Part shown: positions 35,017 through 64,000 of the stretch, in pieces
How positions within the stretch are numbered: position 1 is the stretch's first letter
Layout of the letters: every line of letters begins with the position of its first letter
NCBI RefSeq assembly: GCF_964355755.1
Contig: NC_092678.1
Location: 21,283,365-21,347,364, forward strand
Length of the DNA: 64,000 bases
Reading direction: 5' to 3'
From: Antedon mediterranea
Taxonomy: Eukaryota > Animalia > Echinodermata
The notes under the pieces: generated by a model
What the model was told of the DNA's origin: nothing
The model's database searches: none
The model's input: the letters and a program-made list of their open reading frames with translations, nothing else
Translations under genes and position numbers: made by a program

Positions 35017-36438
35017 TTCATCGTGGAAGTAATCTCATAGGCCGTTCAGGCTTAATTCTCTACCCGGGTTAGTTGGTTTTACGAACACAATTATTACTCA
35101 CTTTGGTGGGTAGGAACCAACCTACCCAGGTAAATAACTAAGCCTTAATGGGCCTGTGGTTGTAGTAATATAGCTTCTACAATAGTCTTGTTATGGAAAA
35201 ATGCTATTTGTTAACTAAATGTTTGACCAATATCATAAATAATTTTGAATACTTATTAATTGTTATTTTTTTAATATGGTAGTATCCCCATCTGCGGTGT
35301 AAGCCAATATATAATTGGTTCATGGAAGAAATTGACATTTCAATATTAAATTTAGTCTGTAATAACCAAATAAACTACATAGAAATCATGTTTAATACAC
35401 TGTACTTTGAAGTAGATGAATGTACAACAATAAATACAGAATACACTATATAACTTAGTTGTGTTTATATTTAGAGACTGTTTCGTCTTCGAAAACGGTT
35501 TGGTATTTTTTCTATATCAAAAACCGTGTTGTTGCTGGTTAATTTTTACTCAAAATAAATTGGTTTAGTCATAGTTGTCATTTTGTGATGTAATGTGTAG
35601 TGATGAAATCATCATCCACTGAGAGTAGTCAGATGTTCCCACTATTCAGTGACATAAGGTGATGTCAAATTAAGACCATGATTGCATTGCAGATAAAAAA
35701 AATGTCCCCTCTAATCGCGTCATAAATTGGAAAAATCATCGATAGAGAATTGAACACTGCCAGTAGATGTACAAAAAAGGCTTTAAGAATACAGGAACAA
35801 GGACAAAAATATATTAATTGAGATGAAGTCGCAATCAACTGAATCGCATAATTAACGGATTGATAACAAAATTAGAGAGAATTGTCGCTCTAGGGGTCAG
35901 CTAGTCATTCTGAAGAAGTGGCTGTTTGTGTAAGAACATTAAAACTGCTAAGGTAACTTTACCAACTTTTTTTTCCAATTGGTTTGTAAACAGAAATGTC
36001 TAAATTAATTTACTACTACAAACCAGATAAAAATTTACAATCAATGTATTTCTTGCTTTATATAGAATGAAAATAAAACAAAAAGGTTACTCAGTATAAT
36101 ACCAGCTACTATAAACTTATCCGATAAGTAATATATTACTTTTGTTTAATAAATTACCTACTTAACAATAACAATAATGAAGTGTCTATTTGTTTATATT
36201 AAAATTAATTTGTTTACACGTTATTTATAATACGTATTGTTCATCAATTTATTTAATTATTATTTTATTGGTTACCAGTGATTAATCCCAGCCCAAGATC
36301 TTTGATTTATTATTATTAATTATTGAGGGCGCTATTTATTTTTTATACATGTGTTTTTCGGTTGGCAAACGCCATGCGCATGTACTGTTCAAATTATCAT
36401 ATTTTCGGAGACAAATTTGTGTTGTTGAACCCATAAAA

Positions 36439-63094
<26,656 letters not shown>

Positions 63095-63101
63095 TAAGTA
63101 A

Positions 63102-63230
63102 AGATCTGTCTACACTATCAAACTAGTTTTTTTGCATAAATATGGTAGTGATATGACATCATCATGTCCATGTATTGGCACATACAGTACACATTTTTTT
63201 GTTACATAGAGTAAAGTTTGATAGTGTACT
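63102..63230. mobile_element. Family A MITE, about 9 nt after an SRPK donor
   Basis: TCTGTCTACACTATCAAACT..AGTTTGATAGTGTA. Confidence 0.78.
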
Positions 63231-63656
63231 CTAGACTGTAGAAGATTTCTATACCAGGAATTAGAAGATTTCTATTCTATACCACGAATTAGTAGAAGAT
63301 TTCTATGCCTAGAATTTTGAATTCATACTATTATTAATACACAGTACAACCCATACTGTACACTGCATTCAATATTTAAAAAAAAAAAACAATCTTAAGT
63401 AAATGGTAATAAATGGATTGCTGTGCTTTAAAATAACATTTGTATCATAATGCATCGGTATTCAATGACGCAAATGAGAATAGCCTTGACAATTCCGAAC
63501 CTGTAAGCGTTTTTCCGCATCTTATAATATAACGTTATTAATACGTTTTTGTGTATTCGAAGACGGATTATCAATTGCATCGCTTTACTTAAATATTTGA
63601 ATGTTGTCAAATGAATTATGTTTTCTATTTGACAGATATTTTAACTGTATACAACT

Positions 63657-63797
63657 ATTGTCTACAATATCAAACTAGTTTGATAAAAAAAAGTGTGATG
63701 TACCCAAATATGGTAGTGATATGACATCATCATGTCTACAGTATATGGGCACATCACATTTTGTTGTCACATAAAGTTTGATAGCGTAGACAGAGCT
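63657..63797. mobile_element. Family A MITE
   Basis: TGTCTACAATATCAAACT..AGTTTGATAGCGTAGACAGAGCT followed by TAA. Confidence 0.8.
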
Positions 63798-64000
63798 TAA
63801 GGCATAGGTATAGGCATGTATGTTCCTCAATGTTAGAATGTGATATTAAGGTGTAATTTGTCATGTTTGATATCAATAAATTAAAGTTTATTGTGTCAAG
63901 GCTAAATTGAAATATATGTGAATGATGAAACCTGGCATGTTTTTTCAGAACAACATTAATAACATTTATAAAGCAATCATTTATTAAAATATAATTGACT

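Noticed and set aside
35620-35952. Exon-like segment ending in AAG|GTAACT between COPG and SRPK
   Set aside because: Stops in the frames checked and no recognisable homology. It could be an upstream UTR exon but cannot be supported.

Overview
AT-rich, intron-rich animal genomic DNA. An invertebrate deuterostome such as an echinoderm is inferred from the Deu-domain SINEs, the U12 intron and the gene structures. Six protein-coding genes could be assembled exon by exon from splice signals and protein similarity: two tandem 1-acylglycerol-3-phosphate acyltransferase (AGPAT1/2-like) paralogues on the minus strand, then UBL4A, NF-YB, COPG (21 coding exons) and the 5' part of an SRPK2-like kinase on the plus strand. 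Introns and intergenic DNA are dense in non-autonomous DNA transposons (Harbinger/Tourist-like, Tc1/mariner-like, P-like with 7-8 bp TSDs, hAT-like with unusual 5-bp TSDs, a TGT..ACA element), tRNA/Deu SINEs and minisatellites. Most notable: (i) three independent tandem repeats built from real exon-intron junctions, giving 25 decoy acceptors before an NF-YB exon plus duplicated acceptor and donor sites in COPG; (ii) a 2.4-kb TIR element inserted in the NF-YB promoter; (iii) four candidate alternative first coding exons, all phase 2, in the 22-kb SRPK intron; (iv) candidate structured intronic RNAs in COPG. Most short ORFs in the supplied track are spurious. All coordinates were read by eye.
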